Under the pieces are notes generated by a model, which saw only the letters and a list, made by a program, of their open reading frames with translations, was not told where the DNA came from and searched no databases. From Octopus vulgaris (lineage: Eukaryota): a stretch of 64,000 nucleotides of DNA. Position 1 is the stretch's first letter, and every line of letters begins with the position of its first letter. Positions 39,934 to 53,888 of this stretch are shown one piece after another. The position numbers and the translations under genes are program-made. The stretch covers positions 6,014,001 to 6,078,000 of the forward strand of contig OX597838.1 of the NCBI GenBank assembly GCA_951406725.2. Reading direction: 5' to 3'.

Positions 39934-40740
39934 TTTATTTGAGTGTTGAAAAGTTTGCCAATGATTTCATGTGATGGTATCTTCAGAATTATCATTCAAT
40001 CGTGCCAGATTGAAATGTTCGTACTCGCCTTCCTTTTTTAAATGGCCACAATGCACGATAATAGCCTCAGCCTGCCTCTCAATCCACACTCACGTCTCCA
40101 TTATATATACAAAGGTTGACTTGTGTATATTTTATGACGAGCATTTCATGTACGACCAATTATATTAATTCCCGTGAAATATACGTGCACGCTGGTTGTT
40201 TATACAAGACGAACTTAAATAAGGAGGATCAAATTTCTTCTTCATATTAATTAAATTCAAAAGAGAAAACCTTCAGCGAGGATTCCCATGCAAATATTCA
40301 CTAGGCCTAACGTCTTTCACACTTTTATTATGAAATATCTGTACAAATATGGCGGCGACGTAGAATCCAGTTGTTTAAAGTTCCATCGAGCCAGGGAACA
40401 TTTGAACGCGAAGGGAAATTTATGATACTTATGTATGTATCTGTCTCACCTTACCTGGTTTTATCTGTCACGGTACTAATTTGCAAATATTTACGCATTC
40501 TTTAGGCGTGTACCCCTTGACGGCTACGTCAAAGTGATTGGCTTAGAGATGGTTTATGTTTCTAGTATTTGATCTCTTGGTTCCATTTGCTGATACTCGT
40601 AAGAATTAAGAAATGTAGGTACTGCCAATGCCTTTTATACATCCTAAACCCTTTGAATGAAGGGGGGAATTATATTCAGATCGAGTAACACACGGGGATT
40701 TTGCTAAAAGTAGCTGTGTTCCAGCCGACGGGGACACAAT

Positions 40741-41140
40741 TATGGCTTAGAAATCTGGACGTTATCAAAGAAGCTTGAGAGGCGGTTGGATGGAACTTAC
40801 ACTCACCTCCTTATGAGAGTTCAAAATCTCTCGTGGAAGCGTCATCCAACCGAAGTACAAATGTATGGGAAACTACCACCGGTTTCATCTCTTGTGAAAG
40901 GTAGAAGAGTGAAAGGTAGAGAACATTGTTGTAGAGCTGAAAACGAGGTAATTTCTCCTCTTCTCCTCTGGAAGCCATCTGCTCGCGATACCAGAGGGCG
41001 CACACTCTCCTACCCTGATGTAATCTCCAGGGATACAGGCATCCAGCAAGAGGACCCCTGTAATGCTATGATGGACCGTGAAGTCTGGCGTAACATAGTA
41101 AATTCCATTGTCTCGACCATGGTCGAACAATGGTGATGAT
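40741..41140 (+). mobile_element. 5'-truncated RTE-clade LINE (ORF C-terminal ~130 codons still open)
   Basis: YGLEIWTLSKKLERRLDGTYTHLLMRVQNLSWKRHPT..HCCR..LLLWKP..GR..YPDVISRDTG..AMMDREVWR; ends with palindrome TCGACCATGGTCGA and a (TGA)n tail. Confidence 0.9.
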
Positions 41141-41802
41141 TATTGACAAATTAAGACAGGAATGGGAGAAGAACAGGAAAATGTATGTCTAGATTCCACG
41201 TAGTTTCATCTATCAAATAACATCAATAACATCAAGATAATTCATCTAGTTAATAGACAAAGATGTGATGTCAATTTCTTATGGTGTCTCACATAGAACT
41301 GAAATTGAACCGGAAAACAATGAGTTAGCGGATTAAATTTACTAACCACTGAACTTTATCCGCAACGATACTTTTACACCAGTCTGAAGAAGGAAAGGCA
41401 AAACGATGATTTACTCGTTTCTAGATTTTCTCAAGATCTAATTTGTTAGATTAAATCTAATTAGAAATAATTTATTGAATTGAATCATTGGTAAATTGTT
41501 ACCCAAAAGAATTTCTGAAATGCAAACCTAACGAAAAATTACATTCAAATTATTTTAGTAGCCTGATAATGGGTCATATCTCAAGCAACACATTCTCAAA
41601 AATCGAAGCCCATGCCTCGCCTAACTTAATGCTTGTACTACTAGAAATAGCAGTCAGGCTTTTCTTGTATCACAGCATATCCCTCTCTTGTATAAGGAAA
41701 CGTAGACGATTCTATATGGTTGTACATACACATAAAATAGAGCGAATAATCCCGGCGGGAATGATGTTTTGTTTTGTTTTTTTAATATTTTTATGTGTGT
41801 AT

Positions 41803-41953
41803 CGTCACTTAGCGGTTCGGCAAAAGAGACCGATAGAATAAGTACTGGGCTTATAAAAAGAATAAGTCCCGGGATCGATTTGCTCGACTAAAAGGCGGTG
41901 CTCCAGCATGGCCGCAGTCAAATGACTGAAACAAGTAAAAGAGTAAAAGAGTA
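41803..41953 (+). mobile_element. Young 5'-truncated family-A SINE 3' end
   Basis: Near-identical to the consensus; tail (GTAAAAGA)n. Confidence 0.9.
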
Positions 41954-43355
41954 TGCTAATCAGTGCTGAGTTAGCAACGCAAACACAGCCAAGCATTCCG
42001 TTAGGAGAAACGAAAGGATACTGCAAGTAATGCTGTTGTGAATGCGAAAAAAATAAATGACAACACAAACACGTCTGGTTTTAAACTCATTAGGAATTAT
42101 CTCGAAATAAATAACAACAGCCGTTGCTTCTACTACGGAATAAAGTATAGGACTGTGTTTTTTTTTTTTATATATATTTTGATATTAGCATCGTAATCCG
42201 CCCTATCGATAGTGAATTGCGTAAACTGACTACCCAATCGATACAAGAACTCGCCAAGCCATTATCCCTCCCTTAGTTGGGGAGAAGTGTGTTTGAAGAA
42301 GGAGTTTAATTGTCGCGAATATTGTGCCTCCTGTAAGCAATAAATAGCCAGAAGTGGCCCTTATTTCTTTGCTATGAATACGTTCTGGCTTATTCGGGCA
42401 TTTTAGCAATTGTCCATTAAATCTCTTGATTCCCTTATTGTAATCATTTCCCCAAGTGAGTTATCTCGTGTTTGCTTTTTTTTGTTGTTTCCTTCTTTCT
42501 TTCTTTCTTTTCTTTATTATGTTCAGTTCTGTTGTTACGGCCTATTTCTTTGTATATTGAGAATATTGTTCCCACCTCTCCCTCTCTCTCTCTCTCTCTC
42601 TCGCTCACACATGCGCGCGCACACACACATACAACCACAGATGTATATTGCGAGAATGTGAGGAAGTGCTATGTATGCGTACGCTTCCTTTTGAGTATTC
42701 AATGTGGACATAATTGGATAGTTCGGTTTTATCACGCTTCAAGACTGTCTCTAATGGAGTGTCTTTGATTCTGTTCATGTAAGTGTTTAACAGCTAATCA
42801 TAGACACTCTATAGGCCGTCTCCAACTGGGTAAGCTCTTTGTTTCCACTTTGTCTCGCTGCGTACATCTGATCTCAGCTTGTGTATCTGCTTGTGCGTAT
42901 CTGCTGATGCTTGTGTGCGTGTCTGTGTGTTTATGTAGGAGCGTTAGTATGATACAAATCTAACTTCGCTGGCTGCTTTCCGCTTTTCCTATCTAATTAC
43001 TGCATCTCGTGTAATTTCCAATTTATTATAATAAATATACTTGTCATTAAGTCGGCGAATTAGTAAAAGAATTAAACAGAAACACACTGCAGCAGCTATT
43101 CCAAATCTTGACGTTCTGAGTTCGTATAACGCTAGGTCATATTTTCACCGATTTACGTCTTTAGGTATAAACTAAAAGTTTAAAATGATAAATCAGGGGT
43201 AAACTAACACACTAAAATGCAGGATGACATACCTTGTTCTCTCCAACCTTCTTTTCTGAGATCAAATCCCACATGCTCCACCAACAACTATACTAATGTT
43301 TGGAACCCCACTAAATACAAAATGCAAAATCATACACACACACACACACATTCCG

Positions 43356-43434
<79 letters not shown>

Positions 43435-43435
<1 letters not shown>

Positions 43436-43802
43436 TAGCAGTATCGCCCGGCGTTGCTCGGGTTTGTAAGGTAAATAACTATAAAGCATTTTTAGAGAGT
43501 TATAGCCAAAAAATGGATAACAAATTATGGTAAATTTTTTTAGTTAAAAAGGTCGAGTTGCGTCCCCTAGACAGTCTGTGGTTTGTGTTTCTGATTCTCG
43601 ACCCCACGTCGAATTTATCGATTCTTTTCAGAACTGGGGGAACTTTTCAAAATTTTCGCTGCGTTAGTTTTGAATTATGACATTGGGCTATGTGTGTGTC
43701 AAGGTTTCATCAGAATCGGTTGAAAGCCGTGGTCAGGGTGAGGGTACAACCTAACAGACACACAGAAACACACACAGACAAACTGCCGTTTATATATAGA
43801 GA
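43435..43802 (-). mobile_element. Non-autonomous Helitron inserted in (TA)n
   Basis: 5' A|TCTCTATATATAAACGG, (TGTC/TG)n subterminal repeat, 3' hairpin CCCGAGCAACGCCGGG, CTAG|T. Confidence 0.85.
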
Positions 43803-44197
43803 TACATATATATATATTTACTGTTGTTATAATAATAGGTGCATACCATTGGTCATCAGGTGTGGTTGTGGAATGCGCCTAAATAGAGATTGGTTTTTAG
43901 CAATATCTTGATAAGGTACATGCATCATAGAACAAATGGATGGATAGGAATAGTAGTATCGGGGCCCATCATCACATTCATACCACTCACTGATAAACAA
44001 ATACGTAATGGAGAATCAATTGTAACACGTCGATAGCTTTCTTCTGTTTATGCGTATGAATAACCAAATGCTTGCGCACGTGTGTATGTGCGTGTGCACT
44101 TTTCAGTGTATGTGACAATTCAAGTATACATTGTTAATAATTATGTTTTAAAACCCTCTTTCATGAGCCCGATATGATGATAGTCTAAAGACGCTAA

Positions 44198-44440
44198 TTT
44201 TTTCCAGTGACGAGGAAGTGAAAACTATAGTGAAGAAGTGGCTCAAAGAACGGTCAACAGAATTTTAAGGGAAAGGGATACATGCTCCCAATCGAAGGTG
44301 AACATTGCTACGGTGACTAGGCTGAGGAGTAGGAATGTGATCCGCAGAGGACCAGCTACATTTTGATGTATAATACATGTTCCTGTGTTGGTAATTATGC
44401 CTGTCCTAAACAAAATGGCATTTCTTTTTGACTCACCCTC

Positions 44441-44441
<1 letters not shown>
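44198..44441 (+). mobile_element. Mariner transposon 3' end (transposase C-terminus plus TIR)
   Basis: FSSDEEVKTIVKKWLKERSTEF*GKGIHA; TIR-like end TTTTTGACTCACCCTCG. Confidence 0.8.
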
Positions 44442-44477
<36 letters not shown>

Positions 44478-46416
44478 ATGATATGATGTGTTATGATTGT
44501 GTCATTACTTGGCCCCAATTTAATCTCAGTCTGAATGGTCAAGTTTCAATAGTGCTGGTTCGCCAAAATAACTTCAGTTGTATTTCAAAATGCCATTCCT
44601 ATGTAAGTGAGAAGCAGGTTAGGTGAATGCGACTACTTTGTCTGTTGAGGAAAATACATGATATATATCTTTATTGGCTTCGAATATAGAAAATTAGTTT
44701 CTCATTGCAGTATTGTCATATTAACAAATCACGAATTATAGGTTGGAAGAAGCAACGCAGTAAATGATATATTGAAGTTTTTCTTCATCACTGTTCATTT
44801 TCAGTTGCCGTTTTGGCTTTAATTGTATCAAACACCCATCACAAGTAATACAAATCCTGTCCTTGTCTCAGCTAACAAATGTTATTGCCGTGTGTCGTCG
44901 ACAAAGATTTCAGCTCTCTCATGTAAATTGTACTTTATATTCAGTAATAAACTCATCTGAATTTTACAATTCCAGACCTAACCGAAAAAGAAAAAATACT
45001 AGAAAATTGACTTCATTCATACCGACGAGTACAATACAGACTCCAATCCAAAAGAATCAGCTGAATAATTTTTCAGTGATAAAGCAAAACTAATTAAAGG
45101 AATTTTTAATCTTGGAGTTTGAAAAAAATCTCAGCAGATTTTCAATAGTCAGATAAAAAATATATTAACAATGGCAAAATTAATATACTGTGGAATGTCA
45201 AGGACATTTTGTACTGTCACTAATTCATTGAATTAAAATCGAAGAGATGCTGAACCTATAGAGAAAGAAATATTAATATGGAGTTCGTGCTGTAGAAATT
45301 CTAAGGAAGTGTCAAAGAATCTCTTTAAATATGAGTTGAAAATGTTTCGTTCCTTTCAGAAAATCCATACATTGAGTGAAATGCACGGTTCATTGAGATA
45401 TAACATGAATTTCGTTTACCGGAATTAAAGTTCCGGATTTGTAAACGTTTTCAATCATATTTTCAAAGAAATTCTTAACAGAAAATTGACAGAATTTTCG
45501 AAAAGGGTTCGACTTGAAAAATAATTTATGATTACAAAATAATAAAAAAAAAAGAAAAAATGTTTTCTGTGAAAGATTTCTCTGGGAATGTCTCTCAATG
45601 TCAAAAAATATGTAGGGAACTGAGATTAACCTAGTGTAGAATAAGAAAATTCCATTCCTTTACAAAGAACTTTCTTTTTCCTCTCTTCCAATAAATATAT
45701 ATATATATATACAAAAATACATATATATACGTACACGCAAAAATACTTATAAACGCACACACATATATTATATACTTATATATATATATATTTATTTATT
45801 TAAGTGATGGGTATATTCCTAGTTGTAAGCGGATGAAGCACGTTCACTGCCTATGGATCCCTGACGTGAGCCACGTTATTTATACAATTGTTGCTGGATC
45901 TGCTTCGAAATGTCCTCTGTGTATGTTATGTGCATGACAAATGGAAGAAACGGAAAACGGAATATTGTAAAAAGAAAAATTATTGCCCAAACCGGTCTTT
46001 GTAATATCGATAGATGGCTCGTCTGGAAAAGATCCTTGAACTCCGCAACATGTCAACATTCAAGAACTGAACTATTTGTTTCATGTCTATACGTAACAAA
46101 ATAACTGTTACGGTTTTGAGCACCCTCAACTTAAGGCTGCATGCGATATTTTTATTATATTCCTGCACAAGTTCCCCATATGTCTTAACTTCTTTTATTT
46201 TTATATATTTTTCTTTTTTCTCGTTTCTGTGTGGATGTCTATTTGTGTGAATATATGCATATGTATATTGTGTGCGTGTGTATATGTGTATATGTATGTA
46301 TATGAGTGCAATATTTTGCCCGGTGCATAAGTGCGACTTTCATGCACCAGTACCTTTTATTTACGGATATGCATGTTTGTACATGTGCGGATGTAGGTGC
46401 GTGATAGGAGGATGCG

Positions 46417-46447
<31 letters not shown>

Positions 46448-46475
46448 TAGAGTCTGAATGTAGGCTTGTATGTGT

Positions 46476-46517
<42 letters not shown>

Positions 46518-47211
46518 GTGTGTGTGACTGTGTTTGCGCACAAGGCTCTTTCAAATTAGAGCCAGGGTGTTCCATAAACAATTATCTTCTAATATACTGA
46601 TGAAATATGTGTTATATTAAAGCTACAACATAGGTGATGACATATCCTTGGAACTATCCTTTGTTGTCGTAATGAAGATTATATTGGCTAGAATATTTGT
46701 CTACAAAATCCATTTACGATGTTATAGTCGATATAATCTCCCCAGAAAATAGCACGTGTAATTCAGTTAATCTTTTTTTAATGATCCATTATCAGGACCG
46801 ATCTCAGTCTCCGTAGCAACGATAGCAATAGCAAAGGAATTTCCATGTAATATCTAGTTTATTGAAATTTAAATTTCCACGTTTTTACACATCAAATAAT
46901 TTTATAAAACCGACAACAGATTGTAGTTTTCACGGACTTTGAAGTAGAAAACATGCACTTAATGATCTGTTGTATGCTTCAAACGAAGAGATTTGCATCA
47001 ATTCTTTTTCTGATGTCACTTTATGAATGTTAACATATTTAGACTTCTTCTTGATTTAATTTAATTTTTTCACTCTCCTTCAATTTATATTGATTTCTGT
47101 CAAATTTTTCTTTCCTTCTTGATATATTGTCCTATATTTAATGTTAATTATTTATTATGTCGGTACATTTATCTCAGTTTGAGAACTATTTCATATAACG
47201 TTATATAGTAG

Positions 47212-47373
47212 AGGCTTAGGAATGACTGTGCGGTTAGAAGTTTTCTTCTCAACCGCAATGTTTCCAGGTTCAGTTTCACAGTGTTGAAGCTCTGGATTGA
47301 ATAAATCTCCTGAAAAATTGAAGCCTTGTAAGTCGATTTGCTGGTGGAAAAAATAAATAAAAAGCATGTCATC

Positions 47374-47425
<52 letters not shown>

Positions 47426-47618
47426 TGTGTTTGCAAAAATATTGTGTGTTTGTGCGTGAGGGAGTTGTGTGAATGTCTGTCTCTGTGTTTGACTCACGCT
47501 AACGGTGCCAGTTCCTTTAGGTCCCCATGACAATGTGGTTACGTAAGAAGAATTAAAATGTACCGGGGTAGGTTTGCTCCAGCATGACTGCAGTGCAATG
47601 ACTGAAACCAGGAAAAGT
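47212..47618 (+). mobile_element. Old family-A SINE with internal (TG)n
   Basis: Decayed head plus 3' gctccagcatgactgcagtgcaatgactgaaac. Confidence 0.65.
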
Positions 47619-47661
47619 TCAAAGCAATTACATTTAGTGTTATACTTCTTATACATATATT

Positions 47662-47892
47662 TATTTCATTACTGCCCACAAGGGGCTAAACACAGAGGGG
47701 ACAAACAAGGGCAGGCATACGGATTAAGTCGATTACATCGACCCCAGTGCGTAACTGGTACTTAATTTATCGATCCCGAATGGCTGAAAGGCAAAGTCGA
47801 CCTCGGCGGAATTTGAACTCCATACGAAACGGCAGACGAAATAACACTAAGCATTTCGCCCGGCGTGATAACTTTTCTGCCAGCTCGCCGCC
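47662..47892 (-). mobile_element. Full-length family-B SINE (tail 1) with 19-bp TSD
   Basis: TSD TACTTCTTATACATATATT at 47643-47661 and 47897-47915. Confidence 0.93.
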
Positions 47893-48916
47893 TTTCTACT
47901 TCTTATACATATATTGATACCCAAAACGCCAAGCATGTGTTTTCTGAATCAAATCTGAGTGATAAATTATATATACTTAAATTGTAAGTTAAAAAATAGA
48001 GAAGCTTGAAGGAAGAAACACTCAAATCATATTTCAAAAACTAACAACAATAAATCAGTCTTCCATGACCAATAGTGTCTACATACTACAAATAGCGGCT
48101 GTTTAGAGAAACGGCTCACTTTCTTCTCAGATACATCTCCTTGTCCTTTCCTTAGTTATCCTAATATAACACGCCCTCAAAGTAATTTATAATTCCGTTT
48201 TTATCTCGCTTTTCTTCTTCTCGTTTGTATTAGTTGCATTGTCTTTATCATCGTTGTCTTTAATGTTAAACTTTATTTTGAATACCGTAACTTCGTATAG
48301 GCATTAGAATGAACTACACCCCAGTTTGTTATTCATTCTCAGGAATTGAACACCTGCCGCAAATCGATATTTCACAAGACGAACATGATAAATCATATTC
48401 TTTTTCACTAAACTTAGTATTGCAAATGTGAAATTGTGAAAAGAAAACTATGGCTTGTAGCTATAGAAAAACACCAGTCAACAGTTAGGATGGCGTAAGA
48501 GAACAAAATGTTAAGTTTACGATCATTTTCGTACAATTCTAATTAGAATGTAATAATTATAGGTAATTAGTTTCGGTAACTTAATTGGTATCCGTAAGAA
48601 AGGCGTTTATTTTCACTACATGAATTTATATATTTGAAAGATAACGATTTTTAACGTAGAAATACTCGAATTACGTAAAGCTCAAGAGCACATAGACGAG
48701 ATGCATATGTGCGTATATAGATATAATGGTAAATTGGAGTGTAATAAAATCAGGAAGATTACTTGGGGAAAATGGTTCCGGCTCTTCGCAAATGGAGTTC
48801 AAAGTACACAGATGAAAAAAGTACCAGTTATGGACTGCGGTCGATATAATAGACTAGCACTCTGCACCAAACATCTTCCAGGCTTTGCGCCTAGAGTAGA
48901 AATAATTGTTATTAAA

Positions 48917-49685
48917 GCCGGGTGGATGCTGAATCGTTAGCACGCCGGTCGAAATCCTTAGCGGTATTTCATCTGCGTTACGTTGTGAGTTCAAATTCCG
49001 CCGAGGTCGACTTTGCCTTTCATCCTATGGGGGTCGATTAAATAAGTACCCGTTACGCACTGAATTCGATGTAATCGACTTAATACCTATGTCTGTCCTT
49101 GTTTGTCCCCTCTGTGTTTAGCCCCTTGTGGGTAGTAAATAAATAGGTATTTCATCTGCCGCTACGTTCTGATGTCAAATTCTACCGAGGTCAAATTCTG
49201 CCGAGGTCGACTTTTACCTTTCATCCTTTCGGGGTCGATTAAATAAGTTCCAGTTACGCACTGCGGTCGATGTAATCGACTTAATCCGTTTGTCTATCCT
49301 TGTTTGTCCCCTCTTTGTTCACCCCCTTGTGGGTAGTAAAGAAATAAAAATAGGTCTTTCGTCTGTCGCTACGTTCTGAGTTCAAATTCCGCCGAGGTCG
49401 ACTTTGCCTTTCATCCAGTTACGCACTGGGATCGATATAATCGACTTAATCTGTTTCTCTATCCTTGTTTGTCCTCTCTGTGTTTAGCCCCTTGAGGGTA
49501 GTACAGAAATAGGTATTTTGTCTGTCGTTACGTTCTGTGTTCAAAATCCGCCGGGGTTGACTTCGTATTTCTTCCTTTAAAGATCGATTAAATAAATACT
49601 AGTGACATACTGGTGTTGATGTAATCGATTTAATCCCTTCCCACAAATTGCAGGCCTTGTTCTTTCAACAGAAAATATTATTAAT
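48917..49685 (+). mobile_element. Head-to-tail tetramer of family-B SINE
   Basis: Units start at 48917, 49146, 49353 and 49512; units 2-4 all begin at GGT(A/C)TTT; units 1-3 have tail 1, unit 4 has tail 2. Confidence 0.9.
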
Positions 49686-50849
49686 ACTGTTGCCTGATTA
49701 CAGTGTTGTAGCTAGGAGAAGAGAATAGGAATGTTGAATATTTAATATAATTGATAATCTCATCATTGGTGCGTGTGCAGTGACGGAATATCTTTTATGT
49801 TCGCTTTCTACTATACGCATAACACTGGCAAATATCGGGGCTTGTGGTTACTCTACAACGTGGTTCCCTGGACCCATCTGATACTTTACGTTCTTTGGAC
49901 CCTGAAATTTATAAAAGACAAAGTCAATATCTGTGGAATTTAAACTTAAGATGTGAACACCGATTTAATCATTCTTTACAGATGAAACCTTTTAGATTTT
50001 ATCAAACAAAATATATTCAATATACATCAAGATGATATTTGGGAACCCAAAATTGTATTTAGACGCACCAGTGTTTTGAACAAAAGAAACGATGCTGGTA
50101 GGTTTAACCTACACACTACTTCGACTTGAATACTGAAGAATAAGGTATCCGTTTGTTTAAGGAATAAATATGATTTTACAGGAAACTATTGTACTTTCAA
50201 AAGTAAACGAAAACGTGAAAAGGAATCTTGTATGATCCGAACCCTGCCTATTCAGATTCAAAACTTTATATGATATAACAATAAAAAACACTGCTTCACC
50301 AGAACACCTACAATATATTCGTAGTTTTTACCCTTGATCCGTTCAGATAATTATACGGCACGATTCATCTCACAATTTGTTCCATTTTACGCCGTTTTGC
50401 GTCTCAACTAATTTTCATTTTATTTCAAACTTAGTTTATTTTCTGTTTACTTCAAGTGTGCATTGGTAAATTGTAATTTGATACCAAACGTGAATCTAAT
50501 ACATTTTATATAGTTCAGTAGACACAAACGCTTTCTTGCCATCTTCTTTCATCAAGATTTATAGTGTTTTTCTTATTTTTTTTTTTTGCAATATGTACCA
50601 AACGGCGTGAAAAACGAGAAAAGAGGAAAAAAAATTACAATCTTTATCTAATAAAGAACAGCTAAATAGAAATCTTTTGCAAGTGGTTTGATTTTTTAAA
50701 AAAATTGCTTTATAATCATCTGTGCACATGAATGCACAAATATATATATGTATATAAAAGAATAATGAGCATATAACTACACCTACCTTGTGTATATGTA
50801 TAAATATATATGTATATATATGGATATATATATATTTATACATATATTT

Positions 50850-50891
<42 letters not shown>

Positions 50892-52229
50892 TCGCATGCG
50901 CATACTACAATGTGATGTCTGTGGGCATACATATGCATATATATATATATGTCTATGTATATATATATATATATATATATGTATACTATAATTACATATA
51001 TGTGTGTAGATGCGTAACATTTACATGCATACATTGATATGTTTGTAGGTAGTGACATACTTACATATGTGTATGATATATGCTCGTCTATATGCCTATA
51101 CCAGAGCTAAACGTCTTCTTTGTGGAGTAAAGTATTGATTATCATTAAAAAAAAAGACAGTGAAAAAAAGGAAAATCAAATGAAGCAAGCTAAATTCCTG
51201 CTGCTCTCAGCCCTACCCATTCTCGTTAAGTGAACATAGATATAAGGTGTTTGCTATTACTTTTCTATGCTTTGTTACGATATGTATTTACATTCAATTG
51301 TATCATGTGAAACTTACAGTACTTCGCTATGAACTACATTCTCTAATCTGGGCATTTCTATAGGTGAGTTTAGAATAGACTATATAATGAAGAAATGTCT
51401 AATTTTTGTGGGCGTTTAAAAACCAGTAATAATGTAGCCAAACTATAGAATATAATAAATACTGCACATATTCCTCCAAATTACTTCATCATAGTTTGAC
51501 GCAATCATTCAGCCGTGCTACATTAATGTATTTTACCCCAAAAATTATACCACATGAAACGGAATAGCGCTGAGACAACTCGATCGTTCGTTTACTTGGT
51601 ATTTAGAAAGTGATTTTTCACATTTAGTCAGACATATTTGAGATTAACATTTTCAAGTCCACCAGCATAAATAATCAGCATTTTAAAAAATGCTATAATT
51701 ATATAAATTAAAATCTCCTTAGTATAAGAAGCTCCCTTTCTAACTACCTATTTCGGGTTTCATCCTGTCACACTGCGTGGTTTTCGGGCAAATATCTTCT
51801 ATAACAACTTGTGGTTGGATTTGTTTGACGGAAACTAAAATAAACCCGTCGTATTGTGCAAAGACTTTAAACATTTTTTCAACCACGTATATCCCTCGTT
51901 ATGTGTTCTCTACTTATTATTTCTTTACCCCTTTTCTTCCTAGGGCTGCCTTTGACGTCAGATCTACAAAGGGTTTTTTTTTTTAATATTTAATAGCGTT
52001 CTGTTAATAATTTATGCAGTCATCAGAATTGCTATAATCTCTTGTTGAGATAGGTTCTCTTTCCTTCCTTATGAGAAGATTACATTATTTTACAACGTTT
52101 ATTCCTTTGGACTAAAACCTATGTTGTCTTCGAAACTTATGTCGAAAGGAAGAGAATTAGAATAACACCTGAGTTCAACTCCCATTTATTTACTTATATA
52201 TATATATATACACTGTAAGTGTGAGTTTC

Positions 52230-52430
52230 TCCTCTATCACTCTATCACAGTTTGACAACCAGAACTGACTTGTTTACATCACCGTAGTCTAGCGTTTGAG
52301 CTCAAAGAAATCAAGTGACTACATACAAACTTGAAAAACAATTAAGTACTGTGGTCGATTTATTCGATTCGCCTCTTCAAAATCTTGCTCCGGTATGACA
52401 TCAGCTCAATAACTGAGGCAAATAATGAAG
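52230..52430 (+). mobile_element. Degenerate family-A 3' half
   Basis: ttgacaacc..tgtttacatc..aagtactgtggtcgatttattcga..tgctccggtatg. Confidence 0.55.
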
Positions 52431-53851
52431 TAACGAAATTTAAGAATAGACAAAATATCTTTGGATCGCAACATAATATAGAGATCTTTATTAAACAAGG
52501 TTATACCTTCTGCTGAATGACAGACTGTTGTACATACTTCAAATGCTAGGCTATCGCTTTACATATTTTTCAATTATAGTGTGAATATTCGCAACATGGA
52601 AAAGATGATTCCACAATAAATTTGTACCTATCAAGCTACTGGCAAAGCATAATATGTTCTTGCTTTAATTCTTTAAATGCAAAATTAAATGTCATGTTTA
52701 TTCCAGGAATGACGTGAAATGTCTACTAAAAAGTAGAGTTTATATATTCTGCAAGTCGCGTTGCCTCAGTAACTTTCGTATATCTCAACTTAAAATGCTT
52801 TCAGACCTGTCATCCTTAACTAATATACAATAGTATATAAAAACCGCTTTCAGAAGTTGAAGGGTTAATCTTATTTCTCTATTAACAATATACATTTACA
52901 ATGTTTTAAATAGATTAAATGCAAACATTCAATATATACGCTGACAAAATAATTCCTGCTGATCATTGATAAATAAGGCATTACGTGTCTTATGACATTT
53001 TAAAATGCAATTTCCTTTAAGGAAGATAGTGTCATTCATCACATATTTTAATATCGAATGTTTTTCAAGCATTAAAGATGTACTATCTGAAAACCAACAA
53101 CAACAAAAAATAAAACACATGGTCGTTCAATTTGTTTCTCTCTACCCACAGGAATATTACAGACATGAACATAATATAATCGACACTTAAGCGTCTATCT
53201 AACTACATAGTGATTTCATTATAACAATTTTATGATAGTTTTGGGGCTGCAATACAGATTAGCGTTAGGAAGCAGAGGAGATTGTAAACAACCCTATCTA
53301 CCTTAATATGAACGTGTTTCGCACACTTTATTATTCGATTCTGCACACGTTCGCAAGGATATACGCTACAAGAATGGAACTCGTATCAAAATACATCTTC
53401 TTTCGATAAAATACGAACTTCATTTTTCAGCAAACTTTAAATTTTATCTATATCGTGTGTCTGTGTGAGCGTGTGCATTTCCATCTCGACATGTATACAG
53501 ATATGTGTAATTCTTATCTTTTCTATATATACATACGGTAATGATAAGAGCTCTAGAGATGACTTGACATAATAAATGAATATATTGCTTCAAGCGAAAC
53601 AAAAATTTTGTATTCTTATTTTTGGTTACGTCTACTGTCTCATAATCGCCGTCTAGAGAGAGAATAGTGCATTATATAATCACCTGATATTCACTTAACA
53701 ATCCGATAATGATGGTCTAATTAGGGTAATTGGACATATGCCTCAACGAAGGTTCCTAGCATCTACCTAGAAATATATATATATTGAATACCTATTATAT
53801 ATATATGTATATGTGTGTGTGTGGTTATCTACGTATGCACCTATCTCTCAG

Positions 53852-53888
<37 letters not shown>

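Noticed and set aside
43845-43866. CUGAUGA on the minus strand (also at ~9128, ~17740, ~46598 on plus)
   Set aside because: No stem II followed by GAAA
49853-49910. Short minus-strand exon candidate after a TTTCAG acceptor
   Set aside because: Weak donor, no recognisable peptide; may be a MITE remnant
53130-53190. Strong-looking splice acceptor (tttctctctacccacag|G); similar sites at 18660 and 27573
   Set aside because: Followed by early stops or repeat-derived sequence, with no matching donor
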